Below are positions 49,880 through 60,054 of a DNA stretch of 60,054 bases, one piece after another (the first letter of the stretch is position 1; each line of letters starts with the position of its first letter). Source of the DNA: an uncultured Candidatus Saccharibacteria bacterium (GTDB lineage: Bacteria > Patescibacteriota > Saccharimonadia > Saccharimonadales > Saccharimonadaceae); the NCBI GenBank assembly GCA_964499905.1, contig CAZCPT010000001.1:1-60054 (forward strand), written 5' to 3'. The notes beneath the pieces are model-generated. The model had not been told where the DNA came from. It saw only the letters and a list, made by a program, of their open reading frames with translations, and searched no databases. Both the position numbers and the translations under genes were made by a program.

Positions 49880-51364
49880 ATGGTTGGGAAGAGAAAAAAA
49901 CGCTCTAGTTTTAAGAGATTTTTACTAACACTATTTTGCTTTGTGTTGGTCGGCGCTGGTGTATTCTTTGGCGTCCAATACGTCACTAAAACTGGCATTT
50001 TTAGAATCCCTGGCGTCGTATATTACGACGAGTCTTTAAGCGAGAAGGAAAAAGAGTTACTCGAAACATTTTTTACCGATGAAATCGACCTTGATAAAGA
50101 TGTTACGATTTCGGCACGAAACGAATTAAAACTCCCCGAGTTAGAAGAGGGAGAATTTCTATACTCGATTCGCGTGGCAGTAACTGATTTTTATGATTTT
50201 AATGTAGATAATATCAACTTTGAATCAGCAGATGAACTGCTGGCCGATAAAAGTGTTACTGTGATTGATTTAGACGATTTAGATAGCAAGAAAACATTAC
50301 TTAAGATTAATAACAAGTATTATCTAGACGTTTTTGATGAGGGGGCGATTTTCAGAATCATTAAATTTGATTCAAAAAAATACGTTGAAGAAATCGAACC
50401 GCTGGTTAGTGAGGCGATGACTAAAAAATTCCCATCTAAAGAGACCGTGCTGACTTTTGCGCAAACTGGTGTAACGGCTCTTTCACGCGGGATGAATCAA
50501 AAACTCTATAGTGTGGGTGATGCAACTTATTTTGCTGCCAATATTAAAGATTATTTATCTAGTTTTGATATTACACACACTTCTAATGAGTCGTCATTCA
50601 CCGATTATGCAAATAGTCGTAATATTTGTTCGGATAAAAGATTTATTAATACGCTTCTTGCAATTGGCCTAGACGTAGTGGAGCTCACCGGTAACCACAA
50701 TATGGACTGTGGCGACCAAGCAGCCATTGAGACCGTAGAAACCTACCTAAATAATGGCATTAAAATCGTCGGTGGTGGCCGTAGCGCCGAGGAAGCATAC
50801 GTGCCACTCGAAATTAATCAAAAGAGAAACAATATTTATATGATGGCCTTTAATCAATCTACCGGTGGCGCAACCTACGATTCAACCCCGGGCGCTAATC
50901 AATATTACGAAGAGGTAGCGAAAAATCAAATTGCTGAAGCAAAAGCTGCTGGTTTATTTGTGATTGTGGATGTCCAATACAATGAATGTAACGCATATGC
51001 CTCCACATACGAGGACACGACTTGCGATTATGCCACCTCAGCCGCCGGCGATCAAGTTGGACTATTTAGGCACTTAATTGATCTTGGTGCAGACATTGTG
51101 GTTGGTACTTCAGCACATCAACCGCAAACTTTTGAAGTATATGGCAATGGTGTAATTTATTACGGTCTGGGCAATTTATTCTTTGATCAGGTTTGGTGGC
51201 CAGGCACTACTAGAAGCTTAGTTTTGTCTCATTATTTCTATAAGAGTAAATTATTACAAACTAAAATCATACCAACCGTTTATGGTGACGAGATGCAACC
51301 AAGATTAATGGATAAGGAGACTGCAACATGGTTTCTAAACAGGCTGGCAAGCGTTCATCCTTAA
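49880..51364 (+). CDS. CapA/PGA_cap family metallophosphoesterase-like protein with N-terminal TM
   Basis: SNE, LTGNH..D, IDLGADIVVGTSAHQPQ, YYGLGNLFFDQ. Confidence 0.85.
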   Translation: MVGKRKKRSSFKRFLLTLFCFVLVGAGVFFGVQYVTKTGIFRIPGVVYYDESLSEKEKELLETFFTDEIDLDKDVTISARNELKLPELEEGEFLYSIRVAVTDFYDFNVDNINFESADELLADKSVTVIDLDDLDSKKTLLKINNKYYLDVFDEGAIFRIIKFDSKKYVEEIEPLVSEAMTKKFPSKETVLTFAQTGVTALSRGMNQKLYSVGDATYFAANIKDYLSSFDITHTSNESSFTDYANSRNICSDKRFINTLLAIGLDVVELTGNHNMDCGDQAAIETVETYLNNGIKIVGGGRSAEEAYVPLEINQKRNNIYMMAFNQSTGGATYDSTPGANQYYEEVAKNQIAEAKAAGLFVIVDVQYNECNAYASTYEDTTCDYATSAAGDQVGLFRHLIDLGADIVVGTSAHQPQTFEVYGNGVIYYGLGNLFFDQVWWPGTTRSLVLSHYFYKSKLLQTKIIPTVYGDEMQPRLMDKETATWFLNRLASVHP

Positions 51365-52287
51365 AAAGTTTTCTATTAACATTTATTCTATTTGCAATCG
51401 TGGCTGCTTTTACTGCTCTTGTCATATTTGTATGTGTGAATTACATGCCAAAAAAAGAACCCGAAATTCCTTATACTGAGCCAGAGCCCGAACCTGAGCC
51501 AGAACCTGAGCCACAGATTGTTGAAATTGATTTTCAACCTACTGTTGATGCATGGGTGAATTCCGTGGGTGGAAATAAGGGTGTGGTAATATATGATTTA
51601 GATTTGGATAAAGTTGTAGGCGCATACAATGCAGATACTAAATTCGCTACTGCTTCTCTTTATAAGCTTTATGTAGTTTATGAAGGATATCGCTTGCTTC
51701 AGAATGGTACTTGGGATAGAAATACGGTCGTAAATTGGAGAGGGAATACTATTATCGAATGCCTGGACGAAGCTATTCGCTCCTCGGATTCTAGCTGCGC
51801 TGAGCCACTTTGGTCGCTAATTGGCCGTGATCACTTGAATGACGTCGTAAATTACGAATTTGGTATGAAAACTGTGATTGTGTCTAATTTACAAGCCACA
51901 TCGAATGAAATTAAAGACATGATGAAGATGTTTTACGAACATACAGAAATTACAGATGAAAACCTGCTAGCTATTATGAAGGATTCTTTCCTTAATCAGC
52001 CAATTACTACTTATAACTGGAGGCAAGGACTACCTAGTGGTTTTTCAGAAGCTGCAAAGGTATACAACAAGGTTGGTTGGAACTATAGCCCTGATGCTAG
52101 AGCATGGACGATTTATGATGATGCGGCTATAGTGGTGTTCCCAGAAGAAGATAGGCATTTTATAGTTGTAGTGATGTCTAGCTATCTTCCTTACCAACAA
52201 ATTACCCGTTTTGGTTCAGAATTCGAAGCGGCCTACCACGCCGGTATTAGCGCCGCATCATCCCAGGCCCAGATTGATTCTGATTAA
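51328..52287 (+). CDS. Class A beta-lactamase-like serine hydrolase (probable peptidoglycan peptidase), membrane anchored
   Basis: ASLYK (SxxK), SDS (SDN variant), NKVG (KTG variant); (EP)6 linker at 51478-51513. Confidence 0.8.
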   Translation: MVSKQAGKRSSLKSFLLTFILFAIVAAFTALVIFVCVNYMPKKEPEIPYTEPEPEPEPEPEPQIVEIDFQPTVDAWVNSVGGNKGVVIYDLDLDKVVGAYNADTKFATASLYKLYVVYEGYRLLQNGTWDRNTVVNWRGNTIIECLDEAIRSSDSSCAEPLWSLIGRDHLNDVVNYEFGMKTVIVSNLQATSNEIKDMMKMFYEHTEITDENLLAIMKDSFLNQPITTYNWRQGLPSGFSEAAKVYNKVGWNYSPDARAWTIYDDAAIVVFPEEDRHFIVVVMSSYLPYQQITRFGSEFEAAYHAGISAASSQAQIDSD

Positions 52288-53818
52288 CATTATTGCTCCC
52301 AACCGTCGTAACAATATCACTGATGGCAAATGTTTTATACAGGGCCCCATTTACATAAATAGAATATTTTTCGCCTTTTCTAAATTCTTCTGTACCAACT
52401 GACATATGGTTAAATGCTTTAGCGGACTCATGGCTAATAATAGTTTTACCGGATGAGTCTTTGATAACAACTTTTGTACCGGCTTTTTGTGCGGAAGTAA
52501 AATAGATACTGGCATTATAAATAGTCGAAGACGCACCGAGGCTCTCTGCCATACCACTAGCGCCTACTGCAATCACTTGACCACCATTAATTGAAATACC
52601 GGCTCCAGAATCAAGTGCTCCGTTGCCATTATTGGTTGGCCCGTCCACAGTGACCGTACCACCATTAAAGGTTAAGAATCCATTGCTATCAAGACCATCA
52701 CCAGACGCATTGATGTAAACTGCGCCGTCATTAATCGTGAGCATGCAATTAGTATCAGCATCAAACATGCCTGCGCCCGGTCGATTATTGGCAGAATTAT
52801 CTGCACCACCACCCGCGTTTATACCGTCATCTGATGCAATAATTGACGTATTGCCACCATTAATAGTGATTACTTGCGCTTCTAAACCCTCGTAGCTCTT
52901 TTTGATTGTAATGTTTCCGCCATCAACGATGAGTTCTTTGTCGGCGTGGATACCGTCATCACCAGAATTAATCTCAATGTTACCACCGATTACACCAACA
53001 TACTTATTTGAATGAAGAGAGTCATCTTTTGACGAAATACTAATGTTACCGTCATTAATTAATACGCTATTGATGGCCTTAATTCCTTTAGCGCCGGCGT
53101 TAACACTAATTCTACCTTTTTCAATTAAAACAAATCCTTTGCCAGCAGTGGTTTCGTTTGTAGATTTAATGCCATCAGAACCGGCCTCAACTTCAATATT
53201 ACCATCAACTATATAAACTGAGTCCTTACCGCGAATGCCATCATCTTTAGCGCTAATTATATATTTGCCACCATTGATTTTAAGATCATCCTTTGACACG
53301 ATACCGTCTTGATAATTGGCAACAACGCTTAATGAACCATCGCCAGTAAGTGTTAGATCGGCTTTTGAATAAACTGCTCCTTTAACGTCCTCATCTAAAT
53401 CCTTTGAATAGGTGGAGCCGTCTTCCAAAGTATTATTACCAACTAGTTCAATTACTAGGTCATCAGCATTGTAACAAGCAATAGCTGGGCCAGAAGAATT
53501 CTTTATGCTTACATTATCGAGAATAAGCCTCACCACACCATTACCAGCGTTAACAATAATTGAACCGTCTTTTATAGAACCCGTTAAATGATATGTGCCG
53601 GATTGTCCAATTGTAAATGTATCTTCTAGATTAATTTCATAGGTTGAATGCTTGTCCCAATTAATCTTAAGATCGCCATTATCGGTAGAAATATTGTTCT
53701 CGATTTTGTCGCTACTTGCTTTTTCGTGAATTGTATTAATTATTGAAGTCGCGGCAAGCACAACGGCCGTGATAGCGCCAAGTGCAATTAATTTTCCGTC
53801 GGTTTTATTATTAGCCAT
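52247..53818 (-). CDS. Cthe_2159/DUF4353-like carbohydrate-binding beta-helix protein (start moved to MANNK)
   Basis: Repeated DG(I/L).(S/A) coils, SYEGLE, DGLDSNG, GALD; SD GAGGAG before ATG at 53818. Confidence 0.85.
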   Translation of the reverse strand: MANNKTDGKLIALGAITAVVLAATSIINTIHEKASSDKIENNISTDNGDLKINWDKHSTYEINLEDTFTIGQSGTYHLTGSIKDGSIIVNAGNGVVRLILDNVSIKNSSGPAIACYNADDLVIELVGNNTLEDGSTYSKDLDEDVKGAVYSKADLTLTGDGSLSVVANYQDGIVSKDDLKINGGKYIISAKDDGIRGKDSVYIVDGNIEVEAGSDGIKSTNETTAGKGFVLIEKGRISVNAGAKGIKAINSVLINDGNISISSKDDSLHSNKYVGVIGGNIEINSGDDGIHADKELIVDGGNITIKKSYEGLEAQVITINGGNTSIIASDDGINAGGGADNSANNRPGAGMFDADTNCMLTINDGAVYINASGDGLDSNGFLTFNGGTVTVDGPTNNGNGALDSGAGISINGGQVIAVGASGMAESLGASSTIYNASIYFTSAQKAGTKVVIKDSSGKTIISHESAKAFNHMSVGTEEFRKGEKYSIYVNGALYKTFAISDIVTTVGSNNVNQNQSGPGMMRR

Positions 53819-54489
53819 TAAATCTCCTCTTCGCAGCAAGGCTCAGAAAGAAGGACTTTTAAGTTCATATTCTTTACGCGAATTTCGTCAAGAAAGTCTT
53901 TTTCTTTAACGCCATGCTTGATTTTTACATCATATGTTAGCTTGTAAAGGCTACCCATATTCATGGTCTTCATACGCACTAAATGATGGCGAGAGGTATA
54001 TTTCTTAAATATATCCTCAAATACATCTTCATAATCCAAATCTTCTGGGATAACGATTTTGAGCACGCGTTCGTGACGGTCTGGTTCCAAAATTCTAGTA
54101 CAGCTAAATAGTACAATTGCAAATACAGCAATCACGGTAATAACTGTACCAAATAGTACATGGCCCATGCCACAAGCGAGACCAATCATCATCGCAAAGA
54201 AAATAGCGAGAAGATCTTTGGCGCGACCCTGCAAAGAACGGAAACGGATCAAAGAAAAGGCGCCAAGGATTGCGATTGAAGTGCCGAGGTTGCCGTTAAT
54301 CATAATCATTACGGCCATCACAAGAAGCGGCAATACCGCTAGTGTGATTAGAAAACCTTTGGTGGTTTGGGATGTTTTCATGTGCGTAATAGCCAGAACT
54401 AGACCAAGCCCAAGCGCCACTCCGGCTGAGATTAATGCTGTTGTAATTTCTAGCCCCGTCGTGCTAGCGTCAAATATACTGTTAAACAT
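53818..54489 (-). CDS. DUF4956 family membrane protein
   Basis: NGNLGTSIAILGAFSLIRFRS, GLACGMG, IVIPEDLDY. Confidence 0.88.
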   Translation of the reverse strand: MFNSIFDASTTGLEITTALISAGVALGLGLVLAITHMKTSQTTKGFLITLAVLPLLVMAVMIMINGNLGTSIAILGAFSLIRFRSLQGRAKDLLAIFFAMMIGLACGMGHVLFGTVITVIAVFAIVLFSCTRILEPDRHERVLKIVIPEDLDYEDVFEDIFKKYTSRHHLVRMKTMNMGSLYKLTYDVKIKHGVKEKDFLDEIRVKNMNLKVLLSEPCCEEEI

Positions 54490-55207
54490 TTTGCTCCTTT
54501 CTTAACAGTTCATAAATTTTACCAATTTTTGAAAATCGCTGTGGATAGATGTGTTCTTTTGAAAGGGCCTTCACGAGCCACATTGGGTAGCTGCCTTGAG
54601 CTTTAATTTCCATAATAATGTTTTTATCGCCATCAAGTGCGCGTCTATCCTTTGCGTTACTAGTAAACTTTAAATTGTGATTTCGATACTTTAAATCCGT
54701 GTCAAAAGTAATCCTTAGGCTATTTTCGCCTTTAAAACTTTCACGATTATAGTAAACCAAAATCTTTGGCTTTAAATTAAAGTTGTTAATAAAGTATTCT
54801 ATTTCACGGGCAATCTGTAAATCAGAAGGTAATTCGATTTTACGTTTTGTAATCGTAATAAAATCGACCTTCTTTTTTACAAATTCCTCGTAATCTTTGG
54901 TAGTTACTAAAACGCGGCGTTTATAGCCGACATTATAGTCCTTACCTAGCATCTTGGTTTTTATCTCGAAGAACACCTTGTCATATCCTTCATAAGAACG
55001 GACGCGGAGCTTTTCTTTAAAAACCGGATGATCAATTGACTGGATGATAAAATCGTAATTATCTGTATCAAAATAAATATTATAAACACCAGAATGAAAG
55101 TACCCGTCATGTTTCATATTTTCATCGATGACGGCCATCAGTGCTTCTTTTTGTTCTTTCGTGATCAAGAACTTCTTCTCAACACGGTCAAACGTTTTTT
55201 CATCCAT
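54482..55207 (-). CDS. VTC (polyphosphate polymerase/CYTH-like) domain protein
   Basis: RVEKKF, IYFDT, KLRVRSY, FFEIK, LRITFD, MEIK, FSK. Confidence 0.88.
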   Translation of the reverse strand: MDEKTFDRVEKKFLITKEQKEALMAVIDENMKHDGYFHSGVYNIYFDTDNYDFIIQSIDHPVFKEKLRVRSYEGYDKVFFEIKTKMLGKDYNVGYKRRVLVTTKDYEEFVKKKVDFITITKRKIELPSDLQIAREIEYFINNFNLKPKILVYYNRESFKGENSLRITFDTDLKYRNHNLKFTSNAKDRRALDGDKNIIMEIKAQGSYPMWLVKALSKEHIYPQRFSKIGKIYELLRKEQNV

Positions 55208-55213
55208 GTACTT

Positions 55214-55245
55214 ATATTAAATCACAAACCTTAAAAAAAATTAAA
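55214..55245 (-). promoter_or_regulatory. Putative response-regulator-dependent promoter of the VTC operon
   Basis: Minus strand TTTAAT-N4-TTTAAG direct repeat, 10 nt, weak -10 TAATAT, 6 nt, ATG. Confidence 0.35.
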
Positions 55246-55295
55246 ATCTTATGTTTTTTAAGCTTTACATTTTTTAGCTGTGCTATTATAGGGGT

Positions 55296-55952
55296 ATGAG
55301 AATATTATACGTTGAAGACGAAAAATTCCTAGCCGAAGCAGTAATACATCTGCTCAAAAAGGAAAAAATTATGGTCGATCATGCCGACAATGGTGAAGAT
55401 GGCCTGCACCTTGCTCTTAAACCTAACTATGACTGTATCGTGCTAGATATTATGCTCCCAAAAATGTCTGGACTTGATATTTTAAAAATAGTCAGAGCCC
55501 GTGGCATCAAGACGCCAATTATTATGTTGTCCGCGTTGAATGAAGTGGAAGATAAGATTCGCGGATTGGAGTCTGGGGCTGATGACTATCTAGCTAAGCC
55601 TTTCAAAGTACAAGAGCTGATTGCCCGCATCAATGCTTTAACTCGTCGTCCGCCTTTAATGGAGCAAAAGAAGATTAAGTTTAAAGACCTAACGTTTGAT
55701 CCAACTAACCGTACGCTAAACGATGAACCATTGACAGACAAGGAGGCTGAGATTTTTCAGATGCTAGTAAAGACTCCTTCTTCCGCTATCACTAAAGCTC
55801 AGATTTTAGCTCACGTTTGGGGCCCAGATGCTGAACTGGAAGAAAACTATGTAGAAGTCTACATGAGCTATCTCAGAAAGAAACTTAAAAAGATTGGTTC
55901 AAAAGTTTCAATTAATACAATTCGTGGGCTAGGTTATAAATTAAATGTTTAA
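55296..55952 (+). CDS. OmpR/PhoB family response regulator
   Basis: VEDE, LDIMLP, GADDYLAKPF, winged helix YMSYLRKKL...TIRGLGY. Confidence 0.95.
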   Translation: MRILYVEDEKFLAEAVIHLLKKEKIMVDHADNGEDGLHLALKPNYDCIVLDIMLPKMSGLDILKIVRARGIKTPIIMLSALNEVEDKIRGLESGADDYLAKPFKVQELIARINALTRRPPLMEQKKIKFKDLTFDPTNRTLNDEPLTDKEAEIFQMLVKTPSSAITKAQILAHVWGPDAELEENYVEVYMSYLRKKLKKIGSKVSINTIRGLGYKLNV

Positions 55953-56865
55953 AAAACTTCGCAACAAACTAATACTAATTAATCTCGGCATTACGTCAAT
56001 CGTAATTATCGTTTCATTCAGCTTGATTTACGTACATTCTACAAGATCGGCCGAAGCTCGTCCGCCGATGATGAACATGGAAATTGAAATGTTCGATGAG
56101 GCCGGGCGTGTATTTGACACATGGGTTAAAAGCGAAAGACAGGCTGCTGCACAAAATTTACTTATTACTTTGATTGTTTCTGGTATTGCAATTGAGTTTG
56201 CGGTGGCTTTAATCTCCTATTTCTTGGCTGAAGAAGCAATAAAACCAATTAAAAATTCCTACGAGCAACAAAAGGTTTTTATTGCCAACGCTTCGCACGA
56301 AATCAAAACTCCGCTTGCGGCGATTTCAGCCAATCTTGAAGCGGCGGACATTAAGAACAATCGCTGGATTGACAATGTTGCTAAAGAGACTGATAAATTG
56401 ACTGCATTAAACTCAGAGCTTTTAACACTTGCTAGATCCGATTTAGTCAATTCTAAATCTCCAGACGATTCCGATTTAAAGACTATTATCGAAAAACAGG
56501 TTGAAAGTTTTGAGCCGAGGTTAAAGGGGATTAGTTTTAAAAAGAGTATAAAGATTACTGATAAAACTAAAATTAACGGCGCTGATTTCTCACAAATATT
56601 TAGCGTATTAATGGATAATGCCATAAAGTACTGCGACAAAAGTGTCAGTTTATCTGTTTCGGAACATGAGTTTAGCATTACCAATGATGGCGCAAAGATC
56701 GATAAAGATTCCTTGCCGCACATTTTTGACAGATTCTACCAGGTAGATAAAAATTCTGAAGGTGTGGGTCTTGGGCTTTCAATCGCTAAATCTCTGGCTG
56801 ATAGAAACAACTGGGTTTTAACTGCAAAATCAGATGAAAAGACCACATTTTTACTAAAATACTAG
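55945..56865 (+). CDS. Sensor histidine kinase (two TMs, short sensor loop)
   Basis: ASHEIKTPL, DNAIKY, IFDRFYQ, GVGLGLSIA. Confidence 0.93.
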   Translation: MFKKLRNKLILINLGITSIVIIVSFSLIYVHSTRSAEARPPMMNMEIEMFDEAGRVFDTWVKSERQAAAQNLLITLIVSGIAIEFAVALISYFLAEEAIKPIKNSYEQQKVFIANASHEIKTPLAAISANLEAADIKNNRWIDNVAKETDKLTALNSELLTLARSDLVNSKSPDDSDLKTIIEKQVESFEPRLKGISFKKSIKITDKTKINGADFSQIFSVLMDNAIKYCDKSVSLSVSEHEFSITNDGAKIDKDSLPHIFDRFYQVDKNSEGVGLGLSIAKSLADRNNWVLTAKSDEKTTFLLKY

Positions 56866-56904
56866 AGTTTAATTCTTATTTCTTTTATGCTAATATATTA
56901 GTGT

Positions 56905-59900
56905 ATGTTAGAGTTAAGGGGAGTGACGAAAGTCTATGAGACTGGCGGCATTAAGCGCACAGTGCTTAATGACGTCAATCTAAATTTTCGCGTTTCTGAA
57001 TTTGCTGCAATTCTGGGGCCTTCCGGATCTGGCAAAACTACTCTTCTTAATATTATTGGCGGACTCGACCATTACACGACCGGCGACCTCATTATTAACG
57101 AAAAAAGTACTAAAAAATTCAAAGATAAAGACTGGGATAGCTACCGCAATCACCGCATTGGCTTTGTTTTTCAAAGTTATAATTTGATTCCGCACCAAAC
57201 GGTTTTACAAAACGTGCGTCTGGCTCTCACACTTTCTGGTATTTCAAAAAGGGAATCAATAATCCGTGCTAAAAAGGCACTTAAAGATGTGGGGCTAGAA
57301 GAACATATTGATAAGCGCCCGAGTCAGCTTTCTGGTGGACAAATGCAACGTGTAGCGATTGCACGTGCGCTGGTGAATGATCCGGATATTCTACTTGCAG
57401 ATGAGCCGACTGGCGCTCTTGACTCTGAAACTAGCCTCCAAATCATGGAGCTTCTCAAAGAAATCGCCAAAGAAAAGCTGGTTATTATGGTTACCCACAA
57501 TCCGGAACTAGCCGATAAATATGCAACAAGGATTATTCGCTTAAAAGACGGGCGCATCACTGCCGATTCGAACAAGTATGACGGTTCCGTTAAGACAGAC
57601 CTAGATGCTTCTAGCTCTGGGCGCAAAAGCAAGAAGACCAAGATGTCTTTCTTTACGGCACTTTCTTTGTCACTGAAGAATTTATTAACTAAAAAAGCTC
57701 GCACTATTTTAGTAGCCTTTGCCGGTTCGATTGGCATTATTGGTATTGCGCTCATTTCGGCTGTGTCTACCGGTTTTCAAAACTATATCGACCATATTGA
57801 AGAGACCACACTAACATCATATCCATTAATTGTATCAAAGGAGTCTGCCGACATCACGGGTATGCTTCTTAGCCTTACTGGAGCCACAAATAATAATCTA
57901 GAAGGTGATTATGTCGATGAAAATCGTTTGCTTACTTCGATGCTCGGTAGTGTTTCGTCAAATGATTTAAAAAGTTTCGAAACCTACATGAAGAATCACG
58001 AGAATGATATTAAGGGTGATCTTAGGGCGATTAATTACACATATAATGTTGACCCACCAATTTACACGATTGACGCTACAAATAAGCCAGCCAAGCTTAA
58101 CCCAAACAGTTTGTTTTCGACCTTTTACGGGAACAGCACAATAATGAGCTCTTACTCAAACCTTACTTCTATTTATGAACAGCATACACCAGAAGTAATT
58201 GAGGATGTTACAAGGCTGGTGGCTGGTCGTTTCCCAGAAAAATATAATGAGATGCTTTTGGTCCTGACGGATCCGCATGAAATATCTGACCTTCTCACTT
58301 ATTCACTCGGTTATCATGACACAAGTGAACTAGCAAACATCTTTACTAAAGTGATGAGTGGGGAGAGTGTACAGATTGAAGGCGACCCTCTTAAACTTAC
58401 CTATGAAGAGTTAATGGGTAAAGAATACAAGCTAATCTATCCATTTGATCTTTATAAATACAATGCAAAATACGATGTATACGAGGATATGAGCGAAGAT
58501 GAAGCTTATATGAAGGAACTATATGAAAAAGCCGAGACTCTAAAAATTGTCGGTATTGCCAAGCCGCGCGATGATATGTCTATTATGAATAGCGGCATTA
58601 TTTATCTACCGGAGCTCGTAACGCATATTATTGAAAGATCTAGCGAGGCTGAAATTACAAAGAAACAGCTCGCTAGCCCAACTATTGATGTGTTTTCAAA
58701 TACTAAGTTTGGTGAGAAGAATAATGACTTTAACTTTTCATTCTCAGACTTAGTCTCCGTAGATTCTAATAAACTTGCTAAGGTATTCAACATTAATATT
58801 GACCAAAATATGGTTTCGGCCAAAACCATGGACTATATGAATAAAATCTCCGACTCAATTGACGGCGATGCCAGGCCGATTAGGAAAGAGCTTGATGATA
58901 AGCTTACAGAGCTTAGCCCAGAATTGATGATGTTTATAGCCGGCAAGAGCACCGAAGAAGATTTTGATATGGCGAAAGTGCCGGAATACATTGATGAGTT
59001 TGTGGCCAGTAAAGATTTTTCAGAATTTGAGAATAAATACTTAATCCCAGCCGCAAGCTTTGCGCAGGTTTTTAGTGGAGTACTTAAACTTGGTTTTGCT
59101 GGCGGGCAGGAGGATATGATTAATAAAACACTAGACGAGTTTTCGATCGCAATTCTAGAGGTTAAGATGAAGTCCGAAATCTTAACAAAGGTTGGGGAGC
59201 TATCATCTTATCTTACTAGCAGTTTTGCCAATGCGTTTTCGATTGATGAATCTGCCTTTATGGATTGCTTTACGCTTAATTTCACAGAGGACGAGCTAGC
59301 TCGTGTCGTAACTGCCATGTTTACCAAGAGCGAATCAACACTCGATGCGAATCTATCAGCGATGGGCTATCAAAATTTTGACGATCCTACTTACATCCAG
59401 TTCTACTTTAACAGTTTTGACGGCAAGACACATTTCGTGAATTTCCTTGATGATTACAACGAATTTGTTAAAACTTCTGGGCAAGAAGAGAAGGAGATTA
59501 AATATACTGATATTACCGGTGTCTTAATGTCTAGTGTTAAGACTATCGTTGATGCGGTGTCTTACGTCTTGATTGCATTTGTCTCGATCTCGTTAATAGT
59601 AAGTTCAATTATGATTGGTGTGATTACTTACATTTCTGTGTATGAGCGCACAAAAGAAATTGGCATTCTTCGCGCCATTGGTGCTAGCAAGCACAATATA
59701 TCCAATATCTTTAATGCAGAAACATTCATTATTGGTTTCTTGTCGGGGTTATTCGGTATAGGGATTTCTTATATATTGATCCCAATCATTAATCTTATTC
59801 TTCATTATTACACTGGCGATATCCCACTTTCGGCCACGTTAGCCATCTCGACCGCTGCCGGACTAGTAGTTCTTAGCGTTGTATTAACGCTTATTGGTGG

Positions 59901-59961
59901 TTTAATCCCAGCTCGTTCAGCATCGAAGAAGGACCCAGTAGAGGCCTTAAGAAGCGAATAA
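56905..59961 (+). CDS. Fused ABC transporter ATP-binding/permease (MacB/FtsX-like)
   Basis: GPSGSGKT, LSGGQMQR, LADEPT; C-terminal ERTKEIGILRAIGA and DPVEALR. Confidence 0.93.
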   Translation: MLELRGVTKVYETGGIKRTVLNDVNLNFRVSEFAAILGPSGSGKTTLLNIIGGLDHYTTGDLIINEKSTKKFKDKDWDSYRNHRIGFVFQSYNLIPHQTVLQNVRLALTLSGISKRESIIRAKKALKDVGLEEHIDKRPSQLSGGQMQRVAIARALVNDPDILLADEPTGALDSETSLQIMELLKEIAKEKLVIMVTHNPELADKYATRIIRLKDGRITADSNKYDGSVKTDLDASSSGRKSKKTKMSFFTALSLSLKNLLTKKARTILVAFAGSIGIIGIALISAVSTGFQNYIDHIEETTLTSYPLIVSKESADITGMLLSLTGATNNNLEGDYVDENRLLTSMLGSVSSNDLKSFETYMKNHENDIKGDLRAINYTYNVDPPIYTIDATNKPAKLNPNSLFSTFYGNSTIMSSYSNLTSIYEQHTPEVIEDVTRLVAGRFPEKYNEMLLVLTDPHEISDLLTYSLGYHDTSELANIFTKVMSGESVQIEGDPLKLTYEELMGKEYKLIYPFDLYKYNAKYDVYEDMSEDEAYMKELYEKAETLKIVGIAKPRDDMSIMNSGIIYLPELVTHIIERSSEAEITKKQLASPTIDVFSNTKFGEKNNDFNFSFSDLVSVDSNKLAKVFNINIDQNMVSAKTMDYMNKISDSIDGDARPIRKELDDKLTELSPELMMFIAGKSTEEDFDMAKVPEYIDEFVASKDFSEFENKYLIPAASFAQVFSGVLKLGFAGGQEDMINKTLDEFSIAILEVKMKSEILTKVGELSSYLTSSFANAFSIDESAFMDCFTLNFTEDELARVVTAMFTKSESTLDANLSAMGYQNFDDPTYIQFYFNSFDGKTHFVNFLDDYNEFVKTSGQEEKEIKYTDITGVLMSSVKTIVDAVSYVLIAFVSISLIVSSIMIGVITYISVYERTKEIGILRAIGASKHNISNIFNAETFIIGFLSGLFGIGISYILIPIINLILHYYTGDIPLSATLAISTAAGLVVLSVVLTLIGGLIPARSASKKDPVEALRSE

Positions 59962-60005
59962 GCACTATATTTATTATATATATTGTGGTATAATATGTTT
60001 ACCGT

Positions 60006-60054
60006 TGGGGATTCGCCAAGTGGTAAGGCAGTGGGTTCTGGTCCCACCATTCGG
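60006..60054 (+). tRNA. tRNA-Gln(CTG), 3' part cut off by window edge
   Basis: TGGGGAT-TC-GCCAAGTGGTAAGGC, anticodon arm GTGGG-TT-CTG-GT-CCCAC; TGGTATAAT upstream. Confidence 0.9.

Noticed and set aside
51328-52287. True beta-lactamase resistance gene
   Set aside because: SDN and KTG motifs are altered, no clear omega-loop Glu, and it is membrane anchored; a wall peptidase is more likely

Overview
AT-rich, gene-dense bacterial chromosome segment using genetic code 11. The gene set and architecture suggest a host-associated Patescibacteria/Saccharibacteria (TM7-like) genome, but this is inference. It holds five tRNAs (Thr-GGT partial, Thr-TGT, Val-CAC, Trp-CCA, Gln-CTG partial) and housekeeping genes (prfA, prmC, lepB, HtrA, rmuC, pyrG, rpmG, gpsA, a UvrD-nuclease fusion, nrdD/nrdG). 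Surface and cell-wall genes include two large Fib_succ_major (FISUMP)/InlB-B-repeat proteins flanking an ADP-ribosylglycohydrolase, a sortase B operon with its NPxT substrate, a second sortase, CapA and a deacetylase. Other modules are alpha-glucan enzymes (GH57, GT4, GH97), a Y-family polymerase/YolD-like pair and a VTC-DUF4956-Cthe_2159-like operon with a two-component system. Main highlights: (1) the last FISUMP domain of the 2746-aa protein looks like a diversity-generating-retroelement variable region with no RT or template in the window; (2) NrdD has an intact catalytic core, NrdR boxes and NrdG but no glycyl-radical loop; (3) about 16 genes appear leaderless, with a -10 box 5-8 nt before the ATG; (4) an unannotated 42-aa hydrophobic peptide gene has a perfect sigma70 promoter; (5) there are tRNA-linked repeats and a 36-bp terminator-promoter module in inverted orientation around the mutagenesis cassette. 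No integrase, transposase, reverse transcriptase, cas gene or rRNA is visible. All family calls are from motif recognition by eye, not database searches.
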